Source: Candidatus Pyrohabitans jungbluthii
GTDB lineage: Archaea; Hydrothermarchaeota; Hydrothermarchaeia; Hydrothermarchaeales; BMS3B
Length of the DNA: 64,000 bases
NCBI GenBank assembly: GCA_002010065.2
Contig: MTMD02000010.1
Coordinates: forward strand, 1 to 64,000
Direction of reading: 5' to 3'
In this document: positions 29,134-39,265 of the stretch, in pieces
How positions within the stretch are numbered: the stretch's first letter is position 1
Layout of the letters: every line of letters starts with the position of its first letter
The notes under the pieces: generated by a model
Database searches by the model: none
Seen by the model: only the letters and a program-made list of their open reading frames with translations
Told to the model about the DNA's origin: nothing
Program-made: the position numbers and the translations under genes

Positions 29134-29931
29134 ATGGGGAATTTTATTTTATATGGTCTGCAACATAAAAATGTCTTTGTAAAAATATATACAAGTTTAT
29201 TAATTTTGTGGTTCTTGCTAATTTTGTGGTTTGGAATAGATTCTAAGGATATTGGTACGTTTTTAGTTGCCTTAATATTTTTTGCTCTTCCGCCTGCAAT
29301 CCCACTAATTTATTTCGAAAGAAAGCGTAACAAACCCGTCCAAACAATGGTCACCAAAGATGCAACGCACATAACAGAAGAAAAAGATATACTTATTGAA
29401 CAAAAATTGGATGAAAAGTGTCCTTATTGCTCAGGAGACCTTTTTGAAATTGAAAGAAAAGGTTTATTTGGAATTAAAAAGGAGATTAAATGTAAATCAT
29501 GCGATAATAAATGGAAAAATATAGATCAATTGCTTAAATTTAAGAATATGCTGGATGAACTGGCAAAAGCGAGAGCAGAAGAAAAAAAGAAAATTGAAGT
29601 TGATAAATTCACTATTAAGTTTTGCCCTAAATGTGGCAATGAAATATCTAAAAGAAGTAATTTCTGTCAGAATTGCGGTCAAGATTTAACTGCCTATAAA
29701 GCTAAATCATCAGGAAATACATTTGGAGTTGCTGCTCTTGCAAGTGCGGTAGTTGGACTTATAACATCTTTTGTAGGTCTAGGAATTCTTTTGGGACCTC
29801 TTGCTATAATATTAGGTGCAATAGCACAAAGTAGAGGAGAAAAATATGCCATTGCAGGAATTTTCCTCGGAATAATTACAACTTTGTGGAGCCTTTTCAT
29901 TGAAATTTTGGCTGCACTAATATTCTTTTGA
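29134..29931 (+). CDS. Membrane protein with two zinc ribbons and DUF4190-like C-terminus
   Basis: 2 TM; CPYC..CKSC; FCPKCG..FCQNCG; C-terminal TMs LGPLAIILGAIA..AIAGIFLG. Confidence 0.8.
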   Translation: MGNFILYGLQHKNVFVKIYTSLLILWFLLILWFGIDSKDIGTFLVALIFFALPPAIPLIYFERKRNKPVQTMVTKDATHITEEKDILIEQKLDEKCPYCSGDLFEIERKGLFGIKKEIKCKSCDNKWKNIDQLLKFKNMLDELAKARAEEKKKIEVDKFTIKFCPKCGNEISKRSNFCQNCGQDLTAYKAKSSGNTFGVAALASAVVGLITSFVGLGILLGPLAIILGAIAQSRGEKYAIAGIFLGIITTLWSLFIEILAALIFF

Positions 29932-29942
29932 TGTCTTAAATT

Positions 29943-30410
29943 CTAACAATCGAGTATTAAATACACCTGAAGGACTGTTATTACAATAAAAATAAAGAAA
30001 ATAAAGTAGTGTATTGGTACCTTCAAGAGACAATTTTTGACAAATTGTGGCATCTTGATAAATTCTAAATAATTCTTTCGCTCTATTCCAAAAAGTAAAT
30101 TTTTAATGCCTAACTCTTCTTCGATTTTCTGCATTCTCTTTTTTCGCTCTTCATTAAAATATGTCAGCCTTCTATCAATCAACCATGCTATAAGGATGAG
30201 TAAACTAGACAAAATTCCTGCAAACTTTTTGTAAGTTTCTATATTTCCTTTGAGCAGTTCTCCAAAGATCGAAAAAGACGATAACAATAAAATAGACATC
30301 AGAGCATAACTAATATACGTATTTCTTTTTCTTTCTTCTCTTAATTCTTGATATTCAAATTTTAGTAATTCGCATTCTTCTTTGGTTAACTTTTTGTCCT
30401 TCTCTGCCAT
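29943..30410 (-). CDS. Hypothetical 3-TM membrane protein (AT-rich island)
   Basis: EYQELREE N-helix, 2 TM, QKIEEELG helix, third TM. Confidence 0.75.
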   Translation of the reverse strand: MAEKDKKLTKEECELLKFEYQELREERKRNTYISYALMSILLLSSFSIFGELLKGNIETYKKFAGILSSLLILIAWLIDRRLTYFNEERKKRMQKIEEELGIKNLLFGIERKNYLEFIKMPQFVKNCLLKVPIHYFIFFIFIVITVLQVYLILDC

Positions 30411-30645
30411 TTATTTAACCGTCCTATACTTTGTAGACATACTATGCATGCTCTTTCTATTTTTAAATTTTAGTGGTGTCCAAATAAGCGTCGAAATGTC
30501 ATGTTTTCCAGTACCACAGATTATCTATCCAGTTCTTATTTTGGACAGATATGCTAGCAGTGGTAGAAAATCTTTATACACTTTTTATAACAAGTCTAGA
30601 AGCGATTCGAAAGAGTTATCATAGACTTAATGGTAAGTGATACCC

Positions 30646-32061
30646 ATGCCTCAGAATCCACCCATCAAGCTCTACAACACCATGACGCGCAGGAAGGAGC
30701 GATTTGTCCCCCTTCACGAGGGCGAGGTGAGAATGTACACCTGCGGACCTACGGTTTACGACTATGCCCACATAGGCAACTTCCGTGCGTACGTTTTTGA
30801 AGACCTTCTGCGCAGGTTTCTGGAGTACAAGGGCTACCGCGTTATACAGGTGATGAACATCACCGATGTGGATGACAAGACGATAAAGCGAAGTCGCGAA
30901 GAAGGGGTTAGCCTACGCGAGTATACGCGGCGCTACGAGCGTGCATTCTTTGAAGACCTCGAAAAGCTGAATATAGAGCGAGCGGAGTACTACCCCCGCG
31001 CCACTGAGCACATCCCAGATATGGTGGCGCTCATTCAGAAGTTGATGGAGAAGGGCTACGCCTACAAAGCCAGCGACGGAAGCATCTACTACGACATCTC
31101 CAAGTTTAAAGAATACGGAAAGCTCTCCCAGCTTAAGCTCGAAGGGCTGAAAGCGGGGGCGAGGGTGAGGCAGGACGAATATGCGAAGGAAGAGGCACAC
31201 GACTTTGCGCTGTGGAAGGCGTGGAGCGAGGAGGATGGCGAGGTTTACTGGGACACCCCTCTTGGTAAAGGCAGACCTGGCTGGCACATAGAGTGCAGCG
31301 CCATGAGCATGCGCTATTTGGGAGAGACGCTTGATATACACGCAGGCGGAGTGGACCTGATATTCCCCCACCACGAGAATGAGATTGCCCAGAGTGAGGC
31401 GGCGACGGGCAAGACCTTTGTGCGCTACTGGGTGCACAATGAGCACCTCCTCGTGGAAGGGCGAAAGATGAGCAAGCGCTATGGCAACTTCTACACTCTG
31501 AGAGACCTCCTCGCAAAAGGTTACGACCCCTTAGCAATACGCTACCTCCTGCTGGCGACGCACTACCGGAGGAAGCTCAACTTCACATTCAAAGCCCTGG
31601 AAGACGCTGCGCAGGCGCTGCGCAGACTCAACGACTTCCTCTCCCGCCTTGAGAGCTACTCGCCTTCTGCGAAAGAAGCCACGGAGCTTTCAAAGCGCGT
31701 GGATGAGGCAAGGCAGGAGTTCGACGCGGCGCTGTGTGACGATCTCGATACTCCCCGCGCTCTTGCCGCGGTTTTTAAACTTGTGCGCGAGGCTAATAAG
31801 GCTATTAACCAGAAAAGCGCCAGTAGCGCTGACGTGGCTGCTCTGAAGCGCTTCTTCGCAGACTTCAACCGCGTCTTCGGCGTTATACGTGAGGATAAGC
31901 GGGAGCTTCCAGAGGAGCTGATGAAGCTAATACGTGAGAGAGAAGAGGCGCGCAGGCGAAAAGACTTCGCCACTGCAGATCGCCTGAGAGAGGAGCTTCT
32001 GAAGCGAGGAGTTATAGTGGAAGACACCCCCCAGGGCACGCGCTGGAAGTGGAGAAAATAG
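30646..32061 (+). CDS. cysS: Cysteine--tRNA ligase (class I)
   Basis: YTCGPTVYDYAHIGN, GRPGWHIECSAM, FPHHENE, KMSK. Confidence 0.98.
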   Translation: MPQNPPIKLYNTMTRRKERFVPLHEGEVRMYTCGPTVYDYAHIGNFRAYVFEDLLRRFLEYKGYRVIQVMNITDVDDKTIKRSREEGVSLREYTRRYERAFFEDLEKLNIERAEYYPRATEHIPDMVALIQKLMEKGYAYKASDGSIYYDISKFKEYGKLSQLKLEGLKAGARVRQDEYAKEEAHDFALWKAWSEEDGEVYWDTPLGKGRPGWHIECSAMSMRYLGETLDIHAGGVDLIFPHHENEIAQSEAATGKTFVRYWVHNEHLLVEGRKMSKRYGNFYTLRDLLAKGYDPLAIRYLLLATHYRRKLNFTFKALEDAAQALRRLNDFLSRLESYSPSAKEATELSKRVDEARQEFDAALCDDLDTPRALAAVFKLVREANKAINQKSASSADVAALKRFFADFNRVFGVIREDKRELPEELMKLIREREEARRRKDFATADRLREELLKRGVIVEDTPQGTRWKWRK

Positions 32062-32099
32062 TTTAGAGGTTAAGAGTTGGGGTTTAGGCAGGTGAAAGC

Positions 32100-32378
32100 A
32101 TGGTAGAAAAAGAGATAGTGGTAAAGGCGCTGAAGGAGATTATAGATCCTCATACTGGCATAAGCGTGTACGACATGGGGCTCATCAAGGACCTGGAGGT
32201 AAACGATGGCGAGGTCTCGCTAACTTTCGTGCCCTCCTCGCCCTTCTGCCCCCTCGGAGTGCAGCTCAGTATGCAGATAAAGGAGAAACTCGAAGGTATA
32301 GAGGGGGTTACAAAGGTTAAGGTGCGCGTCTCGGGGCATGTGCAGGAGAAAGAGCTCAACGAGATGCTCTGCAAGTAA
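32100..32378 (+). CDS. Metal-sulfur cluster assembly factor (DUF59/SufT/MIP18 family)
   Basis: LKEIIDP..ISVYDMGLI..SPFCP. Confidence 0.88.
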   Translation: MVEKEIVVKALKEIIDPHTGISVYDMGLIKDLEVNDGEVSLTFVPSSPFCPLGVQLSMQIKEKLEGIEGVTKVKVRVSGHVQEKELNEMLCK

Positions 32379-32508
32379 GGGCGCCGCACCCGCCCTTACC
32401 AACCCATCCTCACCATAAAGGACCAATTATCTGGTGAGACCTCCTAATTATAATCATCATCCCTGCCTCTAATGTGAAAGTGGCTCTTTAGGCAATATGG
32501 GATGATAT

Positions 32509-32994
32509 ATGAGCTTTTTCGCTCTCCTTGGCGAAATTGAGGGGCGCGAGCAGGTGCTCCGCCACGTTGCAGGGTACTGCTCAGGCAGGGTGCTGGACGT
32601 AGCCACCGGCTCAGGTTACTTAGCGCGAAAGATTCGCGGAAGCGTTGTATGCCTGGACATCGACGCAAACGCAGTGGCGAGACTTAGCGATGTTGTGATA
32701 GGCGATGCTCGAAGGATGCCCTTCCAAAGTGAGAGCTTCGACGTCGTCGCCACCTGGTCGGCTCTGGCTCATATACCAGAATGGCATTCTGCGGTTGCGG
32801 AGATGTTCCGCGTGGCGAGGAGGCTGGTGATTACCGCCGAGCCAAAAGGAAAGCTCGCTCTGCTCGCATTTCGCGATTTTCGGTGCAAGCATGAGCTCAG
32901 CCTTGAGGAGGTTATAGCAGAGTTTGAGCGTTTTGGGAGGGTAGAGGTGGATAACTTTGAGTTCTTCACAGTGGTGAAGGGGTGGAAGGATTAA
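32509..32994 (+). CDS. Class I SAM-dependent methyltransferase
   Basis: VLDVATGSG, GDARRMPF..SFDVV, EMFRV. Confidence 0.87.
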   Translation: MSFFALLGEIEGREQVLRHVAGYCSGRVLDVATGSGYLARKIRGSVVCLDIDANAVARLSDVVIGDARRMPFQSESFDVVATWSALAHIPEWHSAVAEMFRVARRLVITAEPKGKLALLAFRDFRCKHELSLEEVIAEFERFGRVEVDNFEFFTVVKGWKD

Positions 32995-33009
32995 GGCATC
33001 AACCGCAGG

Positions 33010-33058
33010 GTTTATAAAATATATGTTTATAAAATATATATAGCATATATATTTTTAT
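33010..33058 (+). promoter_or_regulatory. AT-rich direct/inverted repeat promoter-operator upstream of phoU
   Basis: GTTTATAAAATATAT twice in tandem, overlapping the inverted repeat AAAATATATAT..ATATATATTTT. Confidence 0.45.
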
Positions 33059-33130
33059 AGCTTAATTTATACCTGTGAATATGTGTTCCTGGAGGTCTCG
33101 CCAGCTCTTTCAGAGCTGGCTTCGACTTCC

Positions 33131-33156
33131 CTCGTCACCCTCACTTCGTCGGGTAA
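33131..33156 (-). repeat. Short palindromic element (27-bp type, 1-nt deletion) in the phoU leader
   Basis: Reverse complement TTACCCGACGAAGTGAGGGTGACGAG, near-identical to 54727-54753. Confidence 0.75.
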
Positions 33157-33173
33157 CGGTGGAGGTTCCTGTA

Positions 33174-34178
33174 ATGCAGACGCGCAAGATATACATGAGT
33201 GGCGGAAGCACCTACATAATGTCCCTGCCCAAGAAGTGGGTGCAGCGGGTTGGGCTTAGAGAAGGAGACAGCGTCGTCGTAACAGAGCGCGAGGGCGCCC
33301 TAACCATAGAGGCTCGTGAGAGGGAGGAGGAGAGCAGGGAGGTGACGATTAAAATCTCGCAGGTAGAGAGCGGCGAGGTTCTTGAAAGGCTGCTGATATC
33401 CTACTACCTGATAGGCTACGACACCATTAAAATTCTCCTCGACGACTCGCAGCACCTGAAGTACCGCGAGGTGGCGCGTAGAATACCCGACCTCCTTGTG
33501 GGCGTGGAAATTGTGGAGGATACCGACGAGGCGCTGACACTGGAGATCCTCCTCAATGAGCGCAAGATGCCCACACTAAAGGCAATGCGCAGGATAGATT
33601 TAATAGTGAGCTCAATGCTTGCAGAGCTCATACGCGTGCTGGAAGGTGAGGATGAGGCGCTGGCGAGAGATATTATTGAGCGCGAAAAGGAGGTTGACCG
33701 CCTTTATTTCTTAGTGGTGAGGCAACTCAAGGGGGCAGTGCGCTACCATCAGCTGGCTGAGAAGCTGGGCATCGCAAATCCACGAGATGCTCTGGGCTAC
33801 CGAATGGTGGTTAAGAGCTATGAGCGCATTGCTGACCACTGCGAGAACATCGTCCAGCTTTACCTCAGGCTCCTCGCGGAGGGGGGAGATGAGCTTGCAG
33901 ATTGCGCAGCGCTTGCAAAGCTCGCATCTCAGGCATACAGGAAAGCCTCAAAGGCGTTTTTTGCTCTTGACATGCATCTCGCCCATGAGGTCTTCTCCCA
34001 CCTCAAAGAGATAAGGGAGCTCCAGGAGGACATACTCAACCGTCTCTTCCAGAGCAACATAAAGGCGAGCAGGGCGATGCTCCTCAAGGGGATGATGGAC
34101 AGCCTCAACAGAATCGCAAGCTACTCCAGCGACATCGCGGAGATAGCGATTAACATGAGCGTTGAGGTGCCGGGGTGA
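33174..34178 (+). CDS. phoU: Archaeal phosphate uptake regulator (AbrB/MazE domain + PhoU domains)
   Basis: TRKIYMSGGSTYIMSLPKKWV; EVDRLYFL; ERIADH; RIASYSSDIAE. Confidence 0.92.
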   Translation: MQTRKIYMSGGSTYIMSLPKKWVQRVGLREGDSVVVTEREGALTIEAREREEESREVTIKISQVESGEVLERLLISYYLIGYDTIKILLDDSQHLKYREVARRIPDLLVGVEIVEDTDEALTLEILLNERKMPTLKAMRRIDLIVSSMLAELIRVLEGEDEALARDIIEREKEVDRLYFLVVRQLKGAVRYHQLAEKLGIANPRDALGYRMVVKSYERIADHCENIVQLYLRLLAEGGDELADCAALAKLASQAYRKASKAFFALDMHLAHEVFSHLKEIRELQEDILNRLFQSNIKASRAMLLKGMMDSLNRIASYSSDIAEIAINMSVEVPG

Positions 34179-34184
34179 AGGAAC

Positions 34185-36023
34185 TTATCTGTCTTTCCCC
34201 TCAATAGGCAGCACCATGTAGAAAGTGGTGCCCTTTCCAAGACCAGATTCCACCCAAATTTTACCCTTGTGGGCCTCGACAATATACCTCGCCACCGCAA
34301 GACCAGTGCCGGTGCCACCGTAGCGTCGAGTTGGACTGGGGTCGAGCTGGGTGAGGGGCTTGAAAATATCTTCAAGCCTGTCTTTCGGGATACCTATTCC
34401 CGTGTCGCTCACCGCTATCTTCACCCAGCCGTTTTCCTTTGACACCCTTACTCTGACCTCGCCGCCAGTGCGGTTAAACTTTATTGCGTTGTCCAAGAGG
34501 TTTAAAATCACACGTTTCAGCTTAATGGGGTCAGCCACAATCTCACCGTCATAGTCCAGCTCCACCTCTATCTTCACGTTCTTTTCTCCTGCCATCTTCT
34601 CCTTCTCTTTAACCGCGCTGCTCACCATCTCTGCAAGGCTCACACGCTTTTGCTGTAGGGTGAGGTCACCCCGCTGAATTTTCGCCACCTGGATGAGGTC
34701 CTCAACAATATCATTAAGCCTGTAAAGCGCCTTAACCGCAGACTTGAGCTCATCCCTTCGCTCATTCTCGTCCTCCTCCATCATCGCAAGTTCAATAAAT
34801 CCCTTGGCTATGGTTATAGGCGTGCGAAGCTCGTGGCTCACGTTGGCTATTATGTTGCTCTTAAGCTCGTCTATCTCCCTAAGCTCCTCGTAGGCGTGCT
34901 GCAGCCGCTCATGTGCCTGCGCTATCTCCTCAGCCATGCGGTTAAAGGACCTTGCCAGTTCCCCAAGCTCATCTTCGTCTTCGAGGCGTCTGTCCTTTAC
35001 CCTAACCCGGAGGTCGCCCTTACTCATCCTCCGCGTCGCATCCACCAGTATGTTAATGGGCGTGATTATTTCCCTACCACCTAGGTAGCTCAGTCCCAGA
35101 GCCACCACAAAGCTCAGTACAGCCACCATGGCTATCGCCCTTTCAACACTCCCCATCAAGGCGGTGAACTCCTCCTCCCTCACGCCCACTGCTAGGGCGC
35201 CTACCACCTCGCCATCTAGGTTGCGGATGGGTTCACCGATGAACGCATAGGCAGGGCCATCTTTTATTTCCATGCTCCTGTGCACTCTCCCCGCCGCGAA
35301 GTCTTCCAGGGCATCGCCTGGAATCTCTCTACCAACAACGCTGCTGCCCTCTTCCCCTGAGATTGAGGATATCACATCTTTACCTTGAATAATGAGCATC
35401 TGCATTTCTGGAAGCTTTTCCCTTACAGAATCAGGCACCCAGCTGTCGCCGTTGAGCAGGTCCCCGGTGATTATAACCCCCAGGACATCTCCGCTGTCGT
35501 CCAGCACTGGGGTGGCGACCAGAAGCACAAGTCCATATTCACCCGCCATAGCTTCTATTCCCTCTTTTCTGAGAACATCCCATGGGAACAGCTCGGATGA
35601 TACTACGGGCTGCTTATTCTTAACTGCTCTTTCCACGATTTTGGCATGGTAGAAGATGTCACCTGTCTTCTCGCTTCCCAGCCTGGCGACTATTCTACCC
35701 TCTGGATTTACCACCATCCAGATGTCCACGTAGGGGCGGTACTTTTTCCACTCTCCCATCTGCATCCTGAGCGCTTCCGTATCCCCAGAGGCAATCCTGG
35801 CTTTGGTATGGCGTTCAGCAGCCGCTTGGAGCATTCCATACTTCATCTGCTCCCCCCTTACATAGAACTGTATCCACGCCAGCTCCAAGTCGTGACGCAG
35901 TTTTTGCTGAAGGCTTTCCTCAACCTTTGCTTTGGAAACAGAAATCGCCAGCATCGAGAGGGTCCCCAGGGGAATAATTGTTACCACAAGTAAGGTCAGC
36001 ATCAACTTTACCTTAATCTTCAT
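34185..36023 (-). CDS. Membrane sensor histidine kinase (Cache-HAMP-HisKA-HATPase)
   Basis: Two TMs flanking an extracytoplasmic domain; HAMP DELGELARSFN; NVSHELRTP; N, G1, F, G2 boxes. Confidence 0.93.
   Translation of the reverse strand: MKIKVKLMLTLLVVTIIPLGTLSMLAISVSKAKVEESLQQKLRHDLELAWIQFYVRGEQMKYGMLQAAAERHTKARIASGDTEALRMQMGEWKKYRPYVDIWMVVNPEGRIVARLGSEKTGDIFYHAKIVERAVKNKQPVVSSELFPWDVLRKEGIEAMAGEYGLVLLVATPVLDDSGDVLGVIITGDLLNGDSWVPDSVREKLPEMQMLIIQGKDVISSISGEEGSSVVGREIPGDALEDFAAGRVHRSMEIKDGPAYAFIGEPIRNLDGEVVGALAVGVREEEFTALMGSVERAIAMVAVLSFVVALGLSYLGGREIITPINILVDATRRMSKGDLRVRVKDRRLEDEDELGELARSFNRMAEEIAQAHERLQHAYEELREIDELKSNIIANVSHELRTPITIAKGFIELAMMEEDENERRDELKSAVKALYRLNDIVEDLIQVAKIQRGDLTLQQKRVSLAEMVSSAVKEKEKMAGEKNVKIEVELDYDGEIVADPIKLKRVILNLLDNAIKFNRTGGEVRVRVSKENGWVKIAVSDTGIGIPKDRLEDIFKPLTQLDPSPTRRYGGTGTGLAVARYIVEAHKGKIWVESGLGKGTTFYMVLPIEGKDR
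34289..34544. repeat. 256-bp block identical to 36799-37054 (HATPase region)
   Basis: Direct comparison; the ORF track also shows identical antisense ORFs at 34351 and 36861. Confidence 0.9.
34774..34878. repeat. 105-bp block identical to 37284-37388 (H-box region)
   Basis: Direct comparison; same 2510-bp offset. Confidence 0.88.
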
Positions 36024-36360
36024 TATTGTTTTCTCCTTGTGCTAATTGATACGCTTTCCCTATATAGCTTATAGGGTATGAGGTCTGAAGAAGCAACATA
36101 AATTAAGTAATCGAATAAAATATAAACTTTTTTATAAAATAGATTTTAAATAATAATATAAAACTTCACTTTTTTACTTTTTTATAATATAATTTCATAT
36201 CGATTATATTAAAAAATATCTCAATGCTAGTCTGAGAAATCCTAACAACATATTCTTTGAAGTAGATTTTTGTTTTCCATATTCTTCTCTCCTTTAAATT
36301 TCATGAATTACTGCTTAAATATAGCACTCCTAAGGGGCTGATCGCAAAATCTATCACCTA

Positions 36361-36490
36361 ACTCTTCCTTTCTGCGTCCGACAAGTTCCAGGGCAGCATA
36401 GTTCGCCTCGATAATTGTATGGTTGAGGACAATAACGATTACTACCTCGTCAATGGCTTGAAAACATCCTTAAGGAGTTCACTATATCTG
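36361..36490 (-). pseudogene. Decayed copy of the 5' (PAS) end of the 36698-39265 kinase
   Basis: TGCGTCCGACAAGTTCCAGGGCAGCATAGTTCGCCTCGATAATTGT aligns with about 39095-39225 and has a 1-nt deletion. Confidence 0.75.
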
Positions 36491-36697
36491 TTTTCAAGAT
36501 ATCTCGGACAGGTATAAAATCCCTGCAATGGATTCAATAAGTGAACACCTGCCGGGTGAGAAGATACCACTAAAAAAGAAGAAAGATAGGTGACTTGAGC
36601 TGTCGAAAAGAGAGAAGGAATTTGTAAAATAATATTTTATGAGTTGATTCCGCTTAATTGAAGAAAGCAAAAAATTTGGAAGAACGGCAGAAGAAAT

Positions 36698-39265
36698 TTA
36701 TCTCTTCCCTTCAACAGGCAACAAAACATAGAAGGTAGAGCCTTTTCCAAGCTCAGACTCCACCCAGATTTTGCCTCCATGCGCCTCGATTATGCGCTTC
36801 GCCACCGCAAGACCAGTGCCGGTGCCACCGTAGCGTCGAGTTGGACTGGGGTCGAGCTGGGTGAGGGGCTTGAAAATATCTTCAAGCCTGTCTTTCGGGA
36901 TACCTATTCCCGTGTCGCTCACCGCTATCTTCACCCAGCCGTTTTCCTTTGACACCCTTACTCTGACCTCGCCGCCAGTGCGGTTAAACTTTATTGCGTT
37001 GTCCAAGAGGTTTAAAATCACACGTTTCAGCTTAATGGGGTCAGCCACAATCTCGCCCTCGTAGGCAAGCTCTAACTCAACCTTCACATTCTTCTCCTTC
37101 GCCAACTTCTCCTTCTCCTTAACCACGAGACTTATCATTTCAGCGATGCTAAGCCGCTTTTTCTCAAGGGTTAAATCTCCCCGCTGAATGCTCGCCACTT
37201 CTATAAGGTCTTCCACAATATCATTGAGCCTGTGAAGCGCCCCAACCGCAGACTTGAGCTCACTCCTGCGCTCCTCTTCGTCGTCCTCCATCATCGCAAG
37301 TTCAATAAATCCCTTGGCTATGGTTATAGGCGTGCGAAGCTCGTGGCTCACGTTGGCTATTATGTTGCTCTTAAGCTCGTCTATCTCCTTAAGCTCCTTG
37401 TAGGCGCGCTCCAGCTTTTGCTGCGCCTCCTTAAGCGGAGTTATATCTACAAATGATGCAACAACGCCCTCCACACTACCGTTCTCGTCGCGCATCGCTG
37501 AGAGGGATAGCTGCACAGTCTTACCGGAGTGGAGTGTAGCCTCCATGGTCACAGGCTCATCTGCCACCTCGCCGCTGAGTAGCTTTCGCACCGTTTCCTC
37601 TACCTGAGCTTCCATGAAGTGTTCTCCTATGCTCGTGCCCAGAATCTCCCTCTCGCTCTTCTCCAGGTATGCCATGGCGCGCCGGTTGAAAAAGTTTATA
37701 AGCCCGTCGCCGTTGGTGGTGAGCACCGCCGCGGGTACGGTATGTACGATGCTCTCCAGCTCTCTGAAGAAATCCTGAAGTTTCCTCCGCGATTCTTCAA
37801 GGATGACCTCCGCTCGCCTGCGCTCAACCGCTGCTGTTATCATATTTGCCACCGACTGCAGGAAGTCAACATCCGCAGAGGTGAATCTTCTCCTCCGCTT
37901 AGAGTGCACCCCCATTACCCCATAAACCTTATCCCCATAAACCATTGGCACGCTTATCCCGGAGACTATGCCGTGCTCTAGGAGCAGCGCTGGTGCTCTG
38001 AAGCGTTTCTCCTTGGTGAGGTCTTCCACAATCACCGGTTTGCGTATTTGCAGAGTATAACCTGCCTGGGATTCAATCCCGGTGCTCACAGTAGCTTTAC
38101 CTACCACTCCATCACGCCAACCAACACCTGCGACGAGTCGAAGCTTATCCCCTTCAAGCCACAGAATTTTGCAGAACTCCGCATTCATCGCTTTTGCCAC
38201 AAGCTCAACGGCTTCCTGCATTAGCCTTTCAATCTCTGCTCCGCTCAGGAAAAGCTCACCAACCCTCGCCACCACCGCATGCTGGGCAGCCCTCCTCCTT
38301 GCCGCCTTCTCCGCCTGCCTCTTCTTCTCCTCATCCTCAATAGCCTTAAGCGCAAACGCAAGGTCTTCACTTACCCGCATGAGCAGCTTAATCTCCTCCT
38401 CCGTAAACACCTCGCTGGTATCGGAGTAAACACTGAGTGCGCCGTACACGCGGTCGCCGTAAACTAGGGGCACCGACACAGAAGATATGTATCCCCTCTT
38501 CAGGGCCTCCTCGCGCCAAGGTTTAAAGCGTGGGTCATTGGGGATGTCCCTCATAACCTGAGGTTTCTTCGTCTTTATCGCCATGCCCGTTGGCCCCATC
38601 CCCGTCTCGGAGTCGTCATAGGTTATGCGCACAGATTCGAGATAACCTTCCTCAATCCCCGCCTTCGCTACTGGCACAACTTCCTTGGTATCCTCCTTTA
38701 CCAAGCCTACCCAGACCATTTTGTATCCTCTAACCCTGTGAAGAGTCTCACAAACCTTTTTAAAGAGGGTGTTCGCATCTTTTTCGCGGGTAATAGCGCT
38801 GTTTATCTCGTTTATAGCTTTTAGCACGCTGTTTAAGTGCTCTATCTCTTTTTCAGCACGTTTCTGAAAGGTTACATCCCTGTTTATCTCCACTATTCCA
38901 ATAATCTTCCCACCCTTATCCCTCAGGGGAGTTGCAGAGATTTCAGAAGTCCAGGGTTCCCCTGACCCTTTTATATGTTCGTGGATGAGACCTTTAACTT
39001 CGCCTTTCTCCAGTACCCCCTCTATTGTGCATGGCACGTCCTTGCACGGCTCGCTTTTTCCATGGGCAACCTTATAACATTTTCTGCCTATGAGCTCTTC
39101 CCCTTTGCGTCCGAAAAGTTCCAGAGCGGCAGGGTTCGCCTCGATAATTGTGTAGTCGAGGTCGATGACGATTACCCCCTCGCCCATGGCGTTGAACACA
39201 TCCTCCAGAAACTCACTCCTCTCTGCTTTTGAGGGCAGTTTTTTCAAATCCTCATGTACCTCCAT
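36698..39265 (-). CDS. Cytoplasmic sensor histidine kinase (PAS-GAF-GAF-PAS-HisKA-HATPase)
   Basis: PAS ([17 protein letters not shown]), two GAF ([14 protein letters not shown]; SQAGYT..SGISVP), PAS, SHELRTP, G boxes. Confidence 0.94.
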   Translation of the reverse strand: MEVHEDLKKLPSKAERSEFLEDVFNAMGEGVIVIDLDYTIIEANPAALELFGRKGEELIGRKCYKVAHGKSEPCKDVPCTIEGVLEKGEVKGLIHEHIKGSGEPWTSEISATPLRDKGGKIIGIVEINRDVTFQKRAEKEIEHLNSVLKAINEINSAITREKDANTLFKKVCETLHRVRGYKMVWVGLVKEDTKEVVPVAKAGIEEGYLESVRITYDDSETGMGPTGMAIKTKKPQVMRDIPNDPRFKPWREEALKRGYISSVSVPLVYGDRVYGALSVYSDTSEVFTEEEIKLLMRVSEDLAFALKAIEDEEKKRQAEKAARRRAAQHAVVARVGELFLSGAEIERLMQEAVELVAKAMNAEFCKILWLEGDKLRLVAGVGWRDGVVGKATVSTGIESQAGYTLQIRKPVIVEDLTKEKRFRAPALLLEHGIVSGISVPMVYGDKVYGVMGVHSKRRRRFTSADVDFLQSVANMITAAVERRRAEVILEESRRKLQDFFRELESIVHTVPAAVLTTNGDGLINFFNRRAMAYLEKSEREILGTSIGEHFMEAQVEETVRKLLSGEVADEPVTMEATLHSGKTVQLSLSAMRDENGSVEGVVASFVDITPLKEAQQKLERAYKELKEIDELKSNIIANVSHELRTPITIAKGFIELAMMEDDEEERRSELKSAVGALHRLNDIVEDLIEVASIQRGDLTLEKKRLSIAEMISLVVKEKEKLAKEKNVKVELELAYEGEIVADPIKLKRVILNLLDNAIKFNRTGGEVRVRVSKENGWVKIAVSDTGIGIPKDRLEDIFKPLTQLDPSPTRRYGGTGTGLAVAKRIIEAHGGKIWVESELGKGSTFYVLLPVEGKR

